DNA of 64,000 nucleotides from an uncultured Alphaproteobacteria bacterium (GCA_963790445.1 CAWBON010000016.1:37501-101500), one strand, 5' to 3'; counted from the stretch's first letter, positions 49,552 through 61,278 are shown. Numbers and translations: made by a program. The notes: generated from the letters alone by a model not told the origin.

Positions 49552-50118
49552 ATGAAATGGCAGATGATTCGGGAGGCGCGTGCAGCCATGTTAGGTAAGA
49601 GGCCAATTCTCGGAGGTTTGCTGGCGGTTGCCATCGCTTATGCCGCCTACCCTTACGTGACGCTGTACCGGCTGGGTCAGGCGATTCGACAGGGTGACGC
49701 GCCCGCACTGCAGTCGATGGTCGATTGGAGCTCGGTGCGCGAAGGGATCAAGGAAGACATCTGCGATCTGGTGGTCGATGAGCCTTCGCAGATCAAGACC
49801 GGTGGGCAACTGCCGCCGTTCGGTGCGAGCTTCGTGCGCGGTATCGCGGCCAATGCAGTCGATGAAAGAGTAACACCGGAGGCGTTGCTGGCTGTGACAG
49901 CACAACAGCAAATGGCCGTTCAGCCGGTTTCGCATGGCGCAGCGGTCCAGGTGAGCTGGGCCTTCTTCACTGGTCCGGGATCATTCATGGTGGATTTGCG
50001 CGCGCCGGGACAAGGCTCGCCCATCCGCCTTCGCTTGGAACTGCGCTCCGGCACCTGGCAGGTAACCCGCGTCTGGCTGCCAGCGGAGCTGTTGGGCAAA
50101 GCCAACACTCGGACGTGA
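49552..50118 (+). CDS. DUF2939 domain-containing protein
   Basis: N-terminal TM helix then 'YPYVTLYRLGQAIRQGDAPALQSMVDWSSVREGIKEDI', as I remember the DUF2939 family. Confidence 0.65.
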   Translation: MKWQMIREARAAMLGKRPILGGLLAVAIAYAAYPYVTLYRLGQAIRQGDAPALQSMVDWSSVREGIKEDICDLVVDEPSQIKTGGQLPPFGASFVRGIAANAVDERVTPEALLAVTAQQQMAVQPVSHGAAVQVSWAFFTGPGSFMVDLRAPGQGSPIRLRLELRSGTWQVTRVWLPAELLGKANTRT

Positions 50119-50367
50119 TGGGACAGGCTTTGCGCGTCCCCGCGCCGTCTGATACGGGCGCGCGCACTGTCACCGCAGCGGCGCCCGATCTGCCTGGGGT
50201 CCGAGCATCGATCTGAAGTGCGGCGCGGGAAGACTTTTTTCATCGCGCGGTCGTGTTCGATGCCTGCGTCTGTCGAGGTCCGGATCTGGCGCCGATTGCT
50301 TAAGCGCTCCGGCTACGCCGCTGGTTGGCTCTTGCCCCTTCCGCCTCGCCCGTTACGATAGCGCCCC

Positions 50368-51105
50368 ATGCCCCCCGACCCGCCGCCCCCCGTGGACCTG
50401 CTCCTGGTCCACAGTTCCGACCTGCACGTCGATGACGAGCGAAATGCCACCAAACACAGCGCCGGGGCCGCGGGCCTCGCGGCCGTGCTCGCTGTCGCAC
50501 GCGCGGCGAGCGCCGATGTCGTGCTGCTCGCCGGCGACACCTTCGACAACAATCGCGTCGCTGCCGTCGTGCTCGACCGCACCGCACAATTGTTGGCCGA
50601 TGCCGGCCGGCCGGTGGTGATCCTGCCGGGCAACCACGACCCCGCATTGCCGAACAGCGTCTTTATCCGTGGTGGCCTCAACGCCATTCCCAACGTCACG
50701 GTACTCGGCATCACGCATGAAGAGGCAGTGGGCTTCCCGCTGCACGACCTGGAGATCTGGGGCCACGCGCATCGCGACTACGAGAACATGGTCCCCCTGC
50801 GCGGCCCGCGCGCACGCTCCACGCGCTGGCAGATCGCCATGGCGCACGGCCACTACGAGCCGCCGGAGACACTTGGCACGCCGCTGCGGCCATCCTGGCT
50901 GTTCAGCGACGATGCCATCGCCGCGACCGAAGCGGACTACCTGGCGCTGGGTCACTGGGATCGTCCGGTGCGCGTTGGCAACGGTGTCGTGCCGGCGTAC
51001 TACTCAGGCTCGCCCGATCTAGCGCAAACGGTTAACCTGATCCGGCTGACCGCGGCCGGCCGGGTCGTCGTCACGCGTGAACCGCTGCGCTGGGACGACG
51101 GCTAG
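50368..51105 (+). CDS. metallophosphoesterase family protein
   Basis: 'LLVHSSDLHVDD', 'VVLLAGDTFD', 'VILPGNHD', 'WGHAHRD' calcineurin-like motifs. Confidence 0.8.
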   Translation: MPPDPPPPVDLLLVHSSDLHVDDERNATKHSAGAAGLAAVLAVARAASADVVLLAGDTFDNNRVAAVVLDRTAQLLADAGRPVVILPGNHDPALPNSVFIRGGLNAIPNVTVLGITHEEAVGFPLHDLEIWGHAHRDYENMVPLRGPRARSTRWQIAMAHGHYEPPETLGTPLRPSWLFSDDAIAATEADYLALGHWDRPVRVGNGVVPAYYSGSPDLAQTVNLIRLTAAGRVVVTREPLRWDDG

Positions 51106-51185
51106 GTCGGCCCCGTCGTCAGTTCCGCGACAGGACGGGCCGGGGCGACGGGACGGTATGGCTGGCCTGGGCCCCGCTTATCGCC

Positions 51186-51217
51186 GGGATAACAACACAC
51201 GCGGGGATAACAACACA
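51186..51217. promoter_or_regulatory. direct repeat GGGATAACAACACA x2 (18-nt period) immediately upstream of the enoyl-CoA hydratase RBS
   Basis: Copies at 51186-51199 and 51204-51217, followed by GAGGAAACAGCG-ATG (51233). Possible operator; function not established. Confidence 0.35.
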
Positions 51218-51232
51218 GTAGAGGAAACAGCG

Positions 51233-52021
51233 ATGCCCCTGCTCTGCGAAAAGCGTGGCGCCGTCGCCATTCTGATGTTGAGCCGACCTGAAGCGCGCAA
51301 CGCCTGGTGCGAGGAATTCCAGACCGGCCTGCCACAGCACCTGACGGAACTGGAGAATGACCGCGACATCCGCTGCGTCATTCTGACCGGCGACGACCGC
51401 GGCGGCGCGTTCAGCGCGGGAGCCGACCTGAAGAACCCGCGCACCCACACGATGGACTCGGTTGCCGATTTCATCGAGGCGTTGCCTAGCCGGCGGCGCA
51501 CGCATCCGATCCCGATGCTGACCGATTTCGCCAAGCCGATCATTGCCGCGGTGAATGGCTACGCCGTCGGCATCGGCTGCATCGTCACCTATTGCTGCGA
51601 CATGATCGTCGCCTCCGATCGCGCCGAATGGCGCCTGCCGCAGAGCGGCCTGGGGATTATCCCCGCGCAAGGCGGCGCGGTGCGACTGGCGCGCTGGGTC
51701 GGCAAGGGACTCGCGATGCGCGCGGCATTCGGATTTCCGCTGACGGCCGAGGAAGCGTATCGCATCGGTTTGGCGCAGTGGCTGGTGCCGCATGATGAAT
51801 TGATGGCGCGCGCGATGGATGTCGCGGAACACATCGCATCGCTGCCGCCGCTGGCGACGCGGCTGGTGAAGGAGTCGCTGAATCGCGGGATGGATGTGCC
51901 ACTGTCGGATGCCGTGCTGGGCGATCTGTATCGCTTCGCCACGCTGGAGCTGACGGAGGATAAGCAGGAGGCGCACCAGGCCTGGCGCGAACGTCGCAAG
52001 CCGCGCTTCAAGGGACGATGA
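51233..52021 (+). CDS. enoyl-CoA hydratase/isomerase family protein
   Basis: 'VAILMLSRPEARNAW', 'VILTGDDRGGAFSAGADLK', 'KPIIAAVNGYAVGIG' crotonase fold. Confidence 0.85.
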   Translation: MPLLCEKRGAVAILMLSRPEARNAWCEEFQTGLPQHLTELENDRDIRCVILTGDDRGGAFSAGADLKNPRTHTMDSVADFIEALPSRRRTHPIPMLTDFAKPIIAAVNGYAVGIGCIVTYCCDMIVASDRAEWRLPQSGLGIIPAQGGAVRLARWVGKGLAMRAAFGFPLTAEEAYRIGLAQWLVPHDELMARAMDVAEHIASLPPLATRLVKESLNRGMDVPLSDAVLGDLYRFATLELTEDKQEAHQAWRERRKPRFKGR

Positions 52022-52072
52022 GCGGCAAGGGACGATGAGCCGCGGTGATTGAAATGGAATAAGGGGTGGCCG

Positions 52073-53028
52073 ATGCCTCAGTCGATTCGCGCTGTCGTGG
52101 TCGATCCGTCGCATAATGACAAGCTTGCGCTGCGCGACGTGGAGTTGCCTGCGGCCGCGCCGCAACGAAGTCACCGTTCGCGTCACCGCGATTTCGCTGA
52201 ACCGCGGCGAGGTCAACCGTGCATTGTCGCAGTCCGCCGCCGGCGCCCGCCCGGGCTGGGATTTCGCCGGTGTGATCGAGGCGGCTGCGCCGGACGGCAG
52301 CGGTCCATCGATGGGAACGCGCGTGGTCGGCATTCTGCCGACTGGTGCCTGGGCCAACCGCGTGCGTGCGCCGAGTGATTGGGTTGCGGCACTGCCGGAG
52401 GCGGTGACCGATGCGCAGGCCGCGACGCTGCCGGTTGCCGGACTGACCGCGCTGCACGCATTGCGCCAGGGCGGCCTGTTGCTCGGCCGCAAGGTGTTGG
52501 TGGACGGCACGACCGGCGGTGTCGGCCATCTCGCGGTCCAGCTTGCCGCCTTGTCGGGCGCCACGGTGTATGGCCATGTGCGGCGGCCTGAACAGAAAGC
52601 GATGATCGCCGATTGGTGCGGTGATCGCATCATCGTCTCGGCCGATCTGCGCGCGGCCGCGTTGCCGGGCCGTATCACCTGATCGTCGATCTCAGTTGGC
52701 GGATCGGCGCTGTCGGCGGCACTGACGATGCTGCAACGGAACGGCACCTGCGTGCATTTCGGCGTCTCGGAATCACCGACGACGACGTTCGAGAGCGGCG
52801 CTTTCTTCAGGCAGGGCGGTGTGAAGCTGTATGGCCTTATCCTGTTCCACGAATTGCGGTGGATGGAGCCGGCGTCGGAGGGCCTGGGGGTGCTCGCGCA
52901 ATTGGTGGCGCAGGCGCGCGCTGCGCCCGCATATCGAGATCGAGGCGCCTTGGACCGACATCGCGACCATTGCCCGCCGATTGCTCGCCCGCGAGTTCGT
53001 CGGCAAGGCTGTGCTGCATGTGACGTGA
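52073..53028 (+). CDS. zinc-binding alcohol dehydrogenase/quinone oxidoreductase family protein (about 3 frameshifts)
   Basis: 'IRAVVVDPSHNDKLALRDVELP', 'EVTVRVTAISLNRGE', 'VLVDGTTGGVGHLAVQLAALSGATV', tail 'GKAVLHVT*'. Confidence 0.75.
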
Positions 53029-53040
53029 CGGAGGGTTCCC

Positions 53041-53406
53041 GTGGGGTACAAATCGATCAACTTCAGGCACAAGTTCGGATTGTTCGACGAGCAATGGCGG
53101 CCGAAGGTCGTTGCGGAAATGAACGACTATCAGTTCAAGGTTGTGAAGCTGCAAGGTGACTTCGTCTGGCATGACCACAAGGACACGGACGAGACGTTCA
53201 TCGTGATCGAAGGCGATCTGCGGATCGATTTCCGCGATGGTGCGGTGCAGATCTCCGCGGGCGAGATGTTCGTCGTGCCAAAAGGCGTGGAGCACAAGCC
53301 TTGCGCGGACAGGGAGGTGAAGCTGCTGCTCATCGAACCACGCGGCGTGCTGAACACCGGGCACGCGGACGGTGAACGGACAGCCGAGAACGATGTATGG
53401 GTATGA
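53041..53406 (+). CDS. cupin domain-containing protein
   Basis: Intact 121 aa. 'FVWHDHKDTDETFIVIEGDLRIDF...MFVVPKGVEHKP' cupin motifs. Confidence 0.8.
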   Translation: MGYKSINFRHKFGLFDEQWRPKVVAEMNDYQFKVVKLQGDFVWHDHKDTDETFIVIEGDLRIDFRDGAVQISAGEMFVVPKGVEHKPCADREVKLLLIEPRGVLNTGHADGERTAENDVWV

Positions 53407-53433
53407 AGGGATGGATCGGCAGGGTGCTCGGTG

Positions 53434-54360
53434 TCAGGCTCGCCGAAGCACGATCGCAGCCGCGCCAAGCATCAGTATCATCCCCGCCACATCGCCGATG
53501 TCCAGCTTCTCGCTGAACAGCGTGGTGCCGATCACCACCGCGACGACCGGCGAGACGAACGCGTAGGTGCCGGTGTGGCTGGCACCCCAGTCGCGCACCA
53601 GCAGGAAGTAGATAACCGTGGACAGTATCGAACCGGGCAGCAGCAGATAGAGCCAGGCCAGCGCGGCATGCCATCCCCATGGATGGATCAGCGCCGCGCG
53701 CGCGCCAGGTTCGAAGATGATCGAGGCGACCAGCAAAAGCGCGCCGCCGATCAGGTTCGTCATGGCCGCCATCTGCGCCGGTGCCAACGAAGTCATCAGC
53801 GGCCGCGCCATCACCGAGCCAGCCGAGTAGCACAGGGTGCCGATGATCACGCCCGAGGCGCCGAGCAGTTCGCGCACATCGAGCGTGCCGGAGAATGCCG
53901 CCGGGCCGAACAGCACGATGATCCCAGCCACACCGATTGCGATCGCCACAAGTTGGCGCCACGACGAGCGCTCCTGTCCGAAGGCCACCGCGAAACTCAG
54001 CAGCGCGATCGGGGTCAGTGCGCACGACAGCACGGCAGCGAGGCCCGCCGTGACGTAGCGCAATCCGTACAGCTGGATCACCTGGTTCAGCGACACCATC
54101 AGGACGGCCACCACGAACAGCCGTCCGGTCAGCCGCATCGGGATCTGCAGACGTTGGCCACGTGTCCAGCGCCACAGCAGCAGCATCAGCCCGGCAACGG
54201 TCCAGCGCGTGCCCGCGAACACACCTGGCGGCACGGCTGCGATGCCGACCTTCATGGCGAGCCATGTGGTGCCCCAGACGAAGCACAGCACCGCGAAGAG
54301 CGCGCGTTGACGTGCGGCCAGCGACCAGGCCCGGCGGGCGGTCAGTGCGATCGTTGACAT
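53434..54360 (-). CDS. DMT-family (EamA) transporter
   Basis: 308 aa from the internal ATG of ORF 53434-54552. About 10 TM helices, 'FVWGTTWLAMKVG'. Confidence 0.8.
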   Translation of the reverse strand: MSTIALTARRAWSLAARQRALFAVLCFVWGTTWLAMKVGIAAVPPGVFAGTRWTVAGLMLLLWRWTRGQRLQIPMRLTGRLFVVAVLMVSLNQVIQLYGLRYVTAGLAAVLSCALTPIALLSFAVAFGQERSSWRQLVAIAIGVAGIIVLFGPAAFSGTLDVRELLGASGVIIGTLCYSAGSVMARPLMTSLAPAQMAAMTNLIGGALLLVASIIFEPGARAALIHPWGWHAALAWLYLLLPGSILSTVIYFLLVRDWGASHTGTYAFVSPVVAVVIGTTLFSEKLDIGDVAGMILMLGAAAIVLRRA

Positions 54361-55736
54361 TACGCGACTTGCCGGCGCCCTTCGGTGAACCGGCTGAAAC
54401 GGAACGGTGCCGGGATCGACGATCGGCGTGTCGCCCGCGACCAGGTCGGCCGCGAGCCGTCCCGCGCCGGGACCGATGCCGAAACCATGGCCGGAGAAAC
54501 CGGTGGCGAGGAAGAAGCCCGGCACGCCGGCCACTTCGCCGATCACCGGCACCGCATCAGGCGTTACGTCGATCAGGCCGCCCCAACTCTCCGGCTACCT
54601 GCATGCGGGCGAACGCAGGGAAGGCGCGTGACAGCGCGGTCCGCGCTTCGTCCAACGTGGCTTGCTTCGGCGCCGGATCCAGCACGCGCACGGCTTCGAA
54701 CGGTGTCGTCTCGTCCAGCGACCATTTCCGGCGCGTGCCCCATTCCTCCAGGAAGCGACGGCCAAGGCGCAACCTGATCTCGCCGTAGTTCTGCCGCAGC
54801 GTCGGGAGGTATTGCAGCAGCAGGCGAAATAAATCCGGCGTGATGTCGGCGATGTTGGCGTTGCGCCGAGCGATGGTGTAGCCGCCGTCAAGCCGCTTGC
54901 GGAAGGCGAATACCGAACCGCTGGTGGTAACGTCCGGTGCACCGGCTAAGTGGGGCAGTGCGGAACACCGAGCCCAACACCCGAAGCTGCGGCAAATCGA
55001 TGCCGGCATTGCCGCAGAACAGCCGGGACCATGCACCGCCGGCGAGCACCACCGTGTCGCATGCGATCCGGCCTTTCTCGGTGACGACGCCGGAAACCCG
55101 ACCGCCTTGCGTTTCGATGCCGCGCACTGCGCATTCCGTCAGTATCGTTGCACCCACCGCACGCGCCGCCTGCGCGATCGCCGGTGCTGCCTGCGACGGT
55201 TCGGCGCGGCCATCGGTCGGGGTATGCATTGCGCCCACGAACATGCCCGATGCGCCTGGCACAACCGTATCGATCGCCGCGCCGCGCAGCATCCGCGCAT
55301 CCACCTGATACTGCCGCGCTTCGGTCAGCCATTGCTCCTGCCTGGCGATCTCCTGTTCGGTTTCGCACAGATAGGCGATGCCTGCCTGGCGGAATCCGGT
55401 CTCATGGCCGATACGCTGATTCATGCCACGCCACAGCCGCAGGCTTTCGATCGCCAGCGGAATCTCGCGCGTGTCGCGCCCCATGGTGCGGCACCAGCCC
55501 CAGTTTCGGCTGGACTGCTCCGCGCCGATGCGACCCTTCTCGCACAGCACGACGGAGTGGCCCTTTTCGGCTAAGAACAGCGCAGTGCAGGTGCCGATGA
55601 TGCCGCCGCCAATCACCACCACGCCGGCGCGGGTGGGCAGCGCAGGGTCGGATTGCACGCTATCGACGGGTGGCGACATTGGATCGGTGGCCAGTGGTGA
55701 ACGGGTAGCATAAGCTGGGTATGCAATACTGACCAT
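54360..55736 (-). CDS. FAD-dependent oxidoreductase (DAO family; about 3 frameshifts)
   Basis: 'VVVIGGGIIGTCTALFLAEKGHSVVLCEKG' dinucleotide fold, 'GFFLATGFSGHGFGIGPGAG', tail 'FRFSRFTEGRRQVA*'. An alternative start is at 55679. Confidence 0.8.
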
Positions 55737-55766
55737 TGAACCCTGATCATCGGAGCGTTGCGCACA

Positions 55767-57835
55767 ATGGCCTGGCGGGTCGGCGTCGATTCCGGCGGCA
55801 CCTTCACCGATGTCTGCCTGTTCGACGAGGACAGCGGCCGGGTGGAGGTGTGGAAGGTTGCGTCCACGCCGGACGATCCGTCGCGTGGCATCACCCAGGG
55901 CGTTGCGGAAGGCGCGGAGCATGTCGGCGCGTCGGCCGGCGCGGTCAGTTATTTCGGCCATGGCACGACCGTGGCGACCAACGCGCTGATCCAGCATCGC
56001 GGCGTAAAGACCGGCCTGATCACCACCGAAGGCTTTCGCGACCTGCTGGAGATCGGCCGGCAGAAGCGCCCCGACCTGTACGACCTGCAGGCCGACAAGC
56101 CGCCGGTGCTGGTGTCGCGCGACCTGCGCCTGGAAGTGCCGGAGCGCATGCGCCACGACGGCACGCGTCGAGACGCCGCTGGACGAGGCGGCATTCCGTG
56201 CGGCGGTGCGGCAGCTGCGCGATGCCGGCGTGCAGGCGGTCGCCGTGTGCTTCCTGTACGGCTTCGTCCGCACCGAGCACGAGGAAACGGCGCGTCGCAT
56301 CCTCGCCGAGGAATTCCCCGAGGCCTTCGCCTGCGTATCGCATCAGGTGGCGCCGGAATTCCGCGAGTTCGAGCGCATGTCCACCGCGGTGGTGAACGCC
56401 TATCTCGGCCCGGTGATGCAAGGCTACATTCGCCGCCTCGGCGATCGGCTGGCGGACCTCGGCATGTCCGCCACGCCGCATCTGACGCAGTCGAACGGCG
56501 GCGTGATCGGCTTCGAACAGGCGGCGCGGTTGCCGGTGCGCACCGTGCTGTCGGGGCCATCGACCGGCGTCGTCGGCGCGCAGGAAGTCGGCAGGCTGGC
56601 CGGTTTTGCCGACCTGATCACCTTCGACATGGGCGGCACCTCCACCGACGTCGCGCTGCTGCAAGACGGCCAATGCCGGTTGGCCAGCGAGGCGGTGGTG
56701 CACGGCTATCCGATCAAGGCGCCGATGCTCGACATCCATACCGTCGGCGCCGGCGGCGGCTCGATCGCGTTCGTCGATTCCGGTGGGCTGCTGAAAGTCG
56801 GTCCGCGCAGTGCCGGCGCGGATCCGGGGCCGGTGTGCTACGCGCGCGGCAATGCCGAGCCCACCGTGACCGATGCCAACGTGGTGTTGCAGACACTCAA
56901 TCCGACGCATCTGCTGGGCGGCCGCATGGCGGTGCGGCAGGACCTGGCGCGGGCAGCGATCGAGCGGCTGGCGGCATCGTTGCGCATGGACGCGATGGCG
57001 ACGGCGCAGGGCATCATCTCGGTCGTCACCGCCAACATGGCGCGCGCGATCCGCGTGATCAGCGTGCAGCGCGGCCATGATCCGCGCGACTACACGCTGG
57101 TGGCGTTCGGCGGCGCCGGCCCACTGCATGCCGCGCGACTGGCGAAGGAGCTGGAGATCGGCCGCATCCTGGTGCCGCGCAATCCTGGCATCCTGTGCGC
57201 CATGGGCCTGCTGCTGACCGACCTGCGCGCCGATTTCGCCACCACGCGGCTGCACACTCTGTCCACTGCCGCGTTGCCCGACGTGGCCGACGCGTTCCGC
57301 ACGTTGCGGGCGCAGGCGGAGGCGTGGTTCGCGCGAGGAAGGCATCGCCCCGGCCGCGCGGCGAATCACGCGAACGGTGGACATGCGCTATGCCGGGCAG
57401 AACTACGAGCTGCCGGTGCCGCTGCCGGAGGGCGAGATCGGCCCGGCGACGCTGGATGCGTTGGCCGAAGGTTTCGCCGCCGCGCATCAACGGATGTACG
57501 GCTTCGTCGCCGAGGACGACCCGGTGCAGCTGGTCACCTTCCGCATCGAGGCGGCCGGCGTGGTGCCGAAAGCGTCGTTCCAGCCGCAGCCCGACGCCGG
57601 ACCCGATGCATCGGGCGCCATCGTAGCGCGCCGCGATGTCTGGCTGCCGGAGGCGGGCGGCTTCGTGTCCTGCCCGGTCTACGACCGCGACAAGCTGCGA
57701 TCCGGCAATCGCATCGCCGGCCCGGCGATCGTCGAGCAGATGGATGCGACGACGGTGGTGCTGCCCGGTATGGTCGCGCGGGTCGAGCCGTACCTGAACC
57801 TGATTCTGGAGCGGATGAACGATGAACGGCATGAT
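55767..57835 (+). CDS. hyuA: hydantoinase/oxoprolinase family protein, A subunit (about 2 frameshifts; 3' end uncertain)
   Basis: 'VGVDSGGTFTDV', 'ITFDMGGTSTDVAL', 'IHTVGAGGGSIA', 'LVAFGGAGPLHA'. Confidence 0.85.
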
Positions 57836-57838
57836 CAC

Positions 57839-57865
57839 CTCCCCCTCCCCTTGCGGGAGGGGGAG
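57839..57865. repeat. perfect 11-bp-stem G/C hairpin (REP-like) at the hyuA/hyuB junction
   Basis: CTCCCCCTCCC-CTTGC-GGGAGGGGGAG. The ORF track reads through it as '...HLPLPLREGE...'. Confidence 0.8.
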
Positions 57866-57928
57866 ACTGCCGCGACGGCACGCTTCGCCCGCGACGCTGG
57901 ACGACCTCCGAGTGGGCGACGCCGCACC

Positions 57929-59563
57929 GTGCCACACGCCATCGCCGTCGATCCGATCACCGTCGAGGTGATCGGCAGCGCCCTGTCCTCGATCACCGAG
58001 GAAATGGGCGAGGCGCTGATCCGCGCCTCCTACTCCACCAACATCAAGGAACGCCGCGACTGCTCCACCGCGCTGTTCGACATCCAGCGGCAACACGCTG
58101 TGCCAGGCCGAGCACATCCCGATGCATCTCGGCAGCTTCATCGGCCTGATCCCGCACATCATGAAGCGCCACCCGATGGAGCAGATGCGTCCGGGCGACG
58201 TATTCTGCGGCAACGACGCCTACGAAGGCGGCGGCACGCATCTGCCCGACATCGTGCTGGCCGAACCGATCTTCGTTGATGGCAGCATCATCGCCTGGGC
58301 GGTGAACCTGGCGCATCACGCCGATTTCGCCGATCGCGGCCATGCGCACATCTACCAGGAAGGACTGCGCATCCCGCCGATCCGGCTGTATCGCGCGGGC
58401 GAGCTGCAGCGCGACGTGCAGGAGCTGATCCTGCTGAACTGCCAGGTGCCGCGCGAGCGCCTGTCCGATCTGCGCGCGCAGATGGCGGCCAACCGCCTCG
58501 GCGTGCAGCGCATGCAGGCGCTGTGCGCGAAATACGGCCGCGAGACCGTGCTCGCCGCGGGCGACGCATTGCAGGACTATGCCGAGCGCAAGATGCGCGC
58601 CGGCATCGCCGCAATTCCCGACGGCACCTATCGCTTCGCCGATCGCTACGACTGTCCCGAGATCGACGGCGAACTGGCCGTGTCGTGCGAGATCACCGTC
58701 ACCGGCGACGAGATGCATCTGCATTTCGACGCGCCGCCGCAGGTGCGCGCCGGCCTGAACATGACCTACACCGCGCTGCTCTCCACCGTGTATTACGCGG
58801 TGAAGACGGTGGTCGATCCGACCATCCTGCCGAACGCCGGCCTCGCGCGCCCGCTGCACGTCACGGCGCCCGAAGGCACCGTGGTCAACTGCGTGCATCC
58901 CGCCGCAGTGAACGGCCGGCTGGGCCTGTGCCAGCGCGTCGTCGACCTGATCCATGGCGCGCTGGCCGCAGCCGTGCCGGAGCGGGTGATCGCTGCGTGC
59001 AACGGCGCCTGCTTCTCGATCACTTTCGCCGGCCACCAGCCGCGCGACAATGCAATCTGGGTATATCTCGAAACCATCGGCGGCGGCTCCGGCGCGCGCG
59101 CGACAAAGGATGGACTGGACGGCGTGCACGTCCATATGACCAACACCTCGAATCTGCCGGTGGAGGCGCTGGAGATCGAATACCCGCTGACCCTGTTGCG
59201 CTATGAGCTGGTGGATGGTTCGGGCGGTCCTGGGAAGCAGCGCGGCGGCATGGGGCTGCGCCGCGTCTATCGCGCCGAGGCGGATTGCCGTGTTCGGGTC
59301 GATGGGTCGCGTCTGTCTGTCGCCGCCATGGGGATCTGTTCGGCGGCCTGCCGGGTGGCAAGGCCGCCGTGGTACTGAATGGCGGCGCGGTGCCATTCGA
59401 TCATGGGTCGGGCGCGTTGCGGCCGGGCGAGATCATCGAAGTCGTCACCGCCGGTTCCGGCGGATACGGACCGCCGGAGCAGCGCGATCGGAATGCAGTC
59501 GAGCGCGATCTCGCGGAAGGCCGGCTTGATGCAGCGACGGCGCGCGAGGTGTATGGACTTTAG
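57929..59563 (+). CDS. hyuB: hydantoinase B/oxoprolinase family protein (2-3 frameshifts; start uncertain)
   Basis: 'DPITVEVIGSALSSITEEMGEALIRASYSTNIKERRDCSTALFD', 'GDVFCGNDAYEGGGTHLPD', 'MTNTSNLPVEALEIEYPL'. GTG 57929 is in frame. Confidence 0.85.
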
Positions 59564-59652
59564 AACTGCATGCGTTCGAGCCAGCGTGCGACGCGTGTCG
59601 ATGGCTCGCGAACCTGATGTCTGTCAGAATCGATGTCATGGAGTGCCTGATC

Positions 59653-61178
59653 ATGAACCTGACCCGCCGCTCACTGCTTACCGCCGGCGCGGCTTTGCCG
59701 TTCCTGCGTATCCCGGCGCGCGCCGCCACCACGCCGGGCCGATCTGGTATTCGGCCTGTCGTCCTATCCGCCCACCATGCTGCCCTGGGCCAACGCCGGC
59801 ACCGCCGCGGCCACCGCCAAGCTGATGTTCCATCGCGGCCTGCTCGGCTATGGCCCCGACGGCACGCTGCGCGGCGAACTCGCCGAAAAATGGGAACATG
59901 CCGAGGACGGCGCCTGGGTGTTCCATCTGCGCGACGCGGTATTCCAGAACGGCGCGCCGGTCACCTCGGCCGATGTCGCCTGGACGATCGAACAGGTGGC
60001 CGGCGAGAAATCCACCGCCTATCTGCGTGCGGAGATGCAGCGCCTTGCCAGGGTGGAAACGCCCGACGCCAAGACAGTGCGCCTGGTCACCAAGGAACCG
60101 ATCGCCACGCTGCCGTTCCTGGTGGCAAGCTACTTCCTGCCGATCCTCGCGAAGGATTCGACCAAGGACAACCCGCTCGGGCGTCGGCGCCGGACCGTTC
60201 GTGCTTACCAACGAGGAACGCGGCGTCGCGCTCGATTTCAAGGCATTCGACAAATTCTACCGTCCTGGCCTGCCGAAACTGAAGACGCTGCGCATGGTCG
60301 CCTACGCCGATGAGAACCTGCGCGTGGCCGCGCTTGCAGGCCGGCGACGTCGATCTGATCGAATACGTGCCGTGGCAGTCGATGCCAAGCATCGAGGCTG
60401 ATCCGAAGCTGGCGCTGCAATCCACGCCCGGGCCGTTCATGTATCTGACGTTCAACGGCAAGCGTGAAGCCGTTCGACGATGCGCGGGTGCGCGCAGGCG
60501 GTCGCGCACGCGATCCGCCGCGAGGATATCATCAAGGCGGCATTCTTCGGCCGCGGCGCGCCGATCGAAGGACTGCCGCTGACCGAAGGCACCGAATTCT
60601 ACGACGCGAAGCTGGCGCATGGCTGGCCGTATGATCCGGCGAAGGCGAAGTCGCTGCTGGCGGCGGCCGGTGTTGGCAGCGGCTTCTCGTGCAAGCTGCT
60701 GTCCACCGCGCAGTACGGCATGCACAAGGACACCGCCACCCTGGTGCAGCAGCATCTGGCCGAGATCGGCATCCAGGCCGAGCTCGTGTTGCCGGACTGG
60801 GCAACGCGCGTCACGCTCGGCAATCGCGGTCAGTACGAGATGGCGGTGATGGGCAGTGCGTCGGAATACAACGACCCGGACGGACTGACATCGTTTCTTG
60901 CCGGCAATCTTGCGGCGTCCTATGTTCGCAGCTACGGACTGGATATTCCGAAGATCGACGAGCTGCTGGCGGCGGGCCGCGCGGAATTCGACAATGCCAG
61001 GCGGCATGCCATCTACACCGAGCTGCAGCAGGTGTTCCTGGAACAGGCGCCGATCGTTGGCCTGTGCTTCCGCGCCCAGGGCTATGCGATGAAGCGGCAG
61101 GTCACAGGTTTCCATAACATGCCCGGCGCGCTGACCTTCTATTCCGGCACCACGCTGGAGGAGACGAGTACCGGTTGA
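59653..61178 (+). CDS. ABC transporter substrate-binding protein, family 5 (peptide/nickel type; at least 4 frameshifts)
   Basis: Tat-like 'MNLTRRSLLTAGAALPFL', 'FHLRDAVFQNGAPVTSADV', 'GAGPFVL', 'YNDPDG', intact C-terminal ORF 60480-61178. Confidence 0.8.
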
Positions 61179-61278
61179 GCGCGCGAGGCGTCGATCTCCC
61201 CGCCATGACGACAAGGATAATACCAGCCGACCAGAAGTATGTTCGGCTATTGTCATGGCATGACATTGGGATTGAACC

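Noticed and set aside
51119-52747. 542-aa minus-strand ORF
   Set aside because: It is antisense to the enoyl-CoA hydratase and Zn-ADH genes, which carry clear family motifs on the + strand. The composition is R/A/P-rich with no motifs.
57377-58279. Apparent HyuA-HyuB fusion ORF
   Set aside because: The linking segment is a perfect G/C palindrome plus non-homologous residues. A missing hyuA stop caused by an indel is more likely than a fusion, so the two are annotated as separate genes.
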